Source: Mobula hypostoma
Lineage: Eukaryota
Length of the DNA stretch: 64,000 nucleotides
NCBI RefSeq assembly: GCF_963921235.1
Contig: NC_086108.1
Span: forward strand, 93,498,001 to 93,562,000
Direction of reading: 5' to 3'
The notes beneath the pieces are model-generated. The model was given only the letters and a program-made list of their open reading frames with translations. It searched no databases and was not told where the DNA came from. This document shows, in pieces, positions 61,616-64,000 of the stretch (positions are counted from its first letter, which is position 1; each line of letters starts with the position of its first letter). A program made the position numbers and the translations under genes.

Positions 61616-62917
61616 ATGACAATTAAATTAATTCTTAGTGTTAATCTGCCAAGTTACTTTATTAATATTTTAAAATGTTTTATTTTTCCATGTGAGAAGC
61701 CATAACATAATCTAATTGTAAAACTTTCGACAGTGGTGCATCCTTGAAATGATCTTCAATTTTCCACGTTGCTGTGTCAATTGTCGAGTGTTGCAATGTT
61801 CATATTTCCAAAACTTCTCAAGCTTCCTAACAAAAGCTGTAGTTACTATTGATCTTTAAATGAGTTTTAAAATTGTATGGTAGCATACAACTTAATGTAT
61901 CTTTTCCCAGAAAAAGATGAGGTAGTTGCTAAATAAGCAGCACGGCTTAAATTTATTTTGTGGCAGTAGTATTATGTTTATATTCAGTCAGGTTTCCAAA
62001 GTTTTGCAACATTTATATTCTCAACTGCCATTCTTAATTGTGCAATGAAAGTTTACTATGAGTCTTAAAAACTGCACAGTTGTGCCAGAGCCCATGTTCT
62101 TTAATGTGCAAAACCTTCCAATATATTCCTATTAATTGTTTGCATTTGTAAGCCAAGTGATCTTCAAAATGCTTAAATTGTCATTTTATTTTATTGGTGT
62201 ATGTAGTGTGGTCCATGACCAGGATTATGCTCATTAGGGGTTCCGTCTTAAAATGTGAATTACTTTTGTAAATTGTGCATATGTTTATTTATATCATGTT
62301 CATCTTGTTGCATGTATGCTTTGTTTACATTACTTTGTACACAAGACACTAAGCTATGTTTCTTAAAGCAAATATATTAATTCCTATATATAATGTAATG
62401 AATTACAAGAAATGCCTTAACATTTGGGAAATTGCCTTATGTAATTTATTAAAATTTAGGTTTATGTGTATTTTATAAATGTTGAATTTATGTAAACTAA
62501 TTGGGCATCCATCTGCATAAGACCAATTATGATATATTTGTAATGCTTTTAGGTGGATTACATAAGCCTTAGGAAATTTGACTGAGGTGTAAATGAGCAA
62601 TATTTTTCATCACTGTTTTAAATGTTACTTCAAGAATGCCAGAGTTCGTTGTATTTACAGCATTTTTATAAGAACTTTTACCAGTGATGCATTGGTCTTG
62701 GCTGTTCAGGTGGGAGACCCCCAACGAAAGGATGGGACATAATTGCTGAAATTTGAGATGATGTTAAATGTGCCTTGAGTTTACAGTTAAAGATATTTTC
62801 TTTAAATAATGCTGGTAATGTTGCAGAAACAAGTTGTTGTTATTGCGTCCTATCGTTCTGCTATGTTGCTTTATTGGAATTTCTGAACCATTATCTCATT
62901 ATATGGCATTCGATTGT

Positions 62918-62923
62918 AATAAA
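62918..62923 (+). terminator. Probable polyadenylation signal closing a ~1.3 kb AT-rich 3' UTR
   Basis: AATAAA followed by T/GT-rich sequence. Confidence 0.55.
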
Positions 62924-63149
62924 TGTTCCTGTTTTTCTAAATTGATTATTGGTGGAAAAAAGTTTGATTAGAATTCCATATATTTAATCACTTTGACATA
63001 ACCTTTATCAGCTTGACACAATCTTTATCCACTATATCTATTAGGAAGGTCAAATTTGGAAGTGTGGAGAGCAGGGAGGAAGACGTCGTTATTTGGATGT
63101 TTGCGTACACCAGTTGTTCTTGGTTTGGTATCATAAAGTGTTGAAGAAA

Positions 63150-63330
63150 ATTTTCAGCAGTTTGGGTAGAAAACTAGTTGACATTTTGGGTCAAGACATT
63201 TCATATGGACTGAAGGAGTAGAGGGGAGATCGCCAGTGTCAGGAGGTGAGGGGAAGGATTGACACAAGCACAGCTGAGAAACAGTAAGTGGATCAAAATG
63301 AGGTGATGGAGAAGACTGGGGTTGGGGGTG
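63150..63330 (-). mobile_element. Very decayed Penelope-like tail
   Basis: 63176-63212 matches the reverse-complement hammerhead scaffold. Confidence 0.5.
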
Positions 63331-64000
63331 TGTGTTGAACTGTGTAGATCAAGAGTAGATTCTTCTGTCTCTATTTTTCTAACTATTCTGTTCTTCCCAC
63401 TTTAGCCTTGACATGTGTAGTGTAAATTCTATATTATGAGGACATTAATGAGTGTGCAACCAACTCCTGTCAAAAATGCACAAAGCTAGCAGAATTTATC
63501 ATTTTGATTTGTTGTCAATAATATTTTGAAGTTCAAGTTCTTCCTAAACAGCAATGGCTCTGGAGCACTAAAAACGGTTTTAAAGTATGTGCAGATTAAT
63601 TGCTGGCTTGTTTCTGCAGGCTGTGAAATTGTGTAAATGTGTGGTTCTTTAAGGCCATACAGTGTGCTCTAGCAGACTGCAGACAGACTAGATTCCACCT
63701 CCACAAACTAGTTGGTCTCAGGATTTTCCCTTGGAATATAGCCTAAAAGAGAATGAGCAGAAGTTGGACTATTGATATTGGTGCTGGATGGTGCCTGGTG
63801 AGAAAGTAATGCTTTATTCATGGAAAGGGTTCTTAGATGGAGAATCTATTTACTCGGTAGGCACAAAAAAAGAAACTTGGCTCTGAAAATCTGTGCTTTC
63901 AAAAGGTCTTCTGCAGTCAGAATGCAAAGACTGTACCATCGTAGACCAAGAATAATTATGCATGTCTTTTATCTTGACTGTGAGGTTATGTACACTTCTA

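Noticed and set aside
1..64000. CRISPR array, operon or prokaryotic defence system
   Set aside because: The sequence is eukaryotic with spliceosomal introns, has no spacer-repeat array, and the RT and GIY-YIG domains belong to retroelements.

Overview
Vertebrate genomic DNA, probably from a cartilaginous fish (inferred only from the repeat families). The window holds the 3' 21 coding exons (22177-61615, + strand) and 3' UTR of an ARHGAP29/PARG1-type F-BAR-C1-RhoGAP gene. I reconstructed them by hand: all introns are GT-AG, all phases match, and the exons total 3698 nt (about 1230 aa). The start exon was not found and probably lies upstream. The introns are dense with retroelements (CR1, Rex/Babar, Tx1, RTE-like, Hero-like, V-SINE), DNA transposons (Tc1, pogo/Tigger, hAT) and Penelope-like elements (PLEs). 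The main non-coding signal is a PLE family whose 3' end carries a minimal type-I hammerhead ribozyme with a palindromic stem III. Two intact copies lie on the gene's sense strand and about 8 are decayed. The family repeatedly occurs as tail-out inverted pairs, down to a ~160-bp MITE-like palindrome. PLE hammerheads are known as a class, so the open questions are activity in this pre-mRNA, the structured tail and the inverted-pair architecture. There is also a probable HDV-like ribozyme relic and a candidate alternative first exon.
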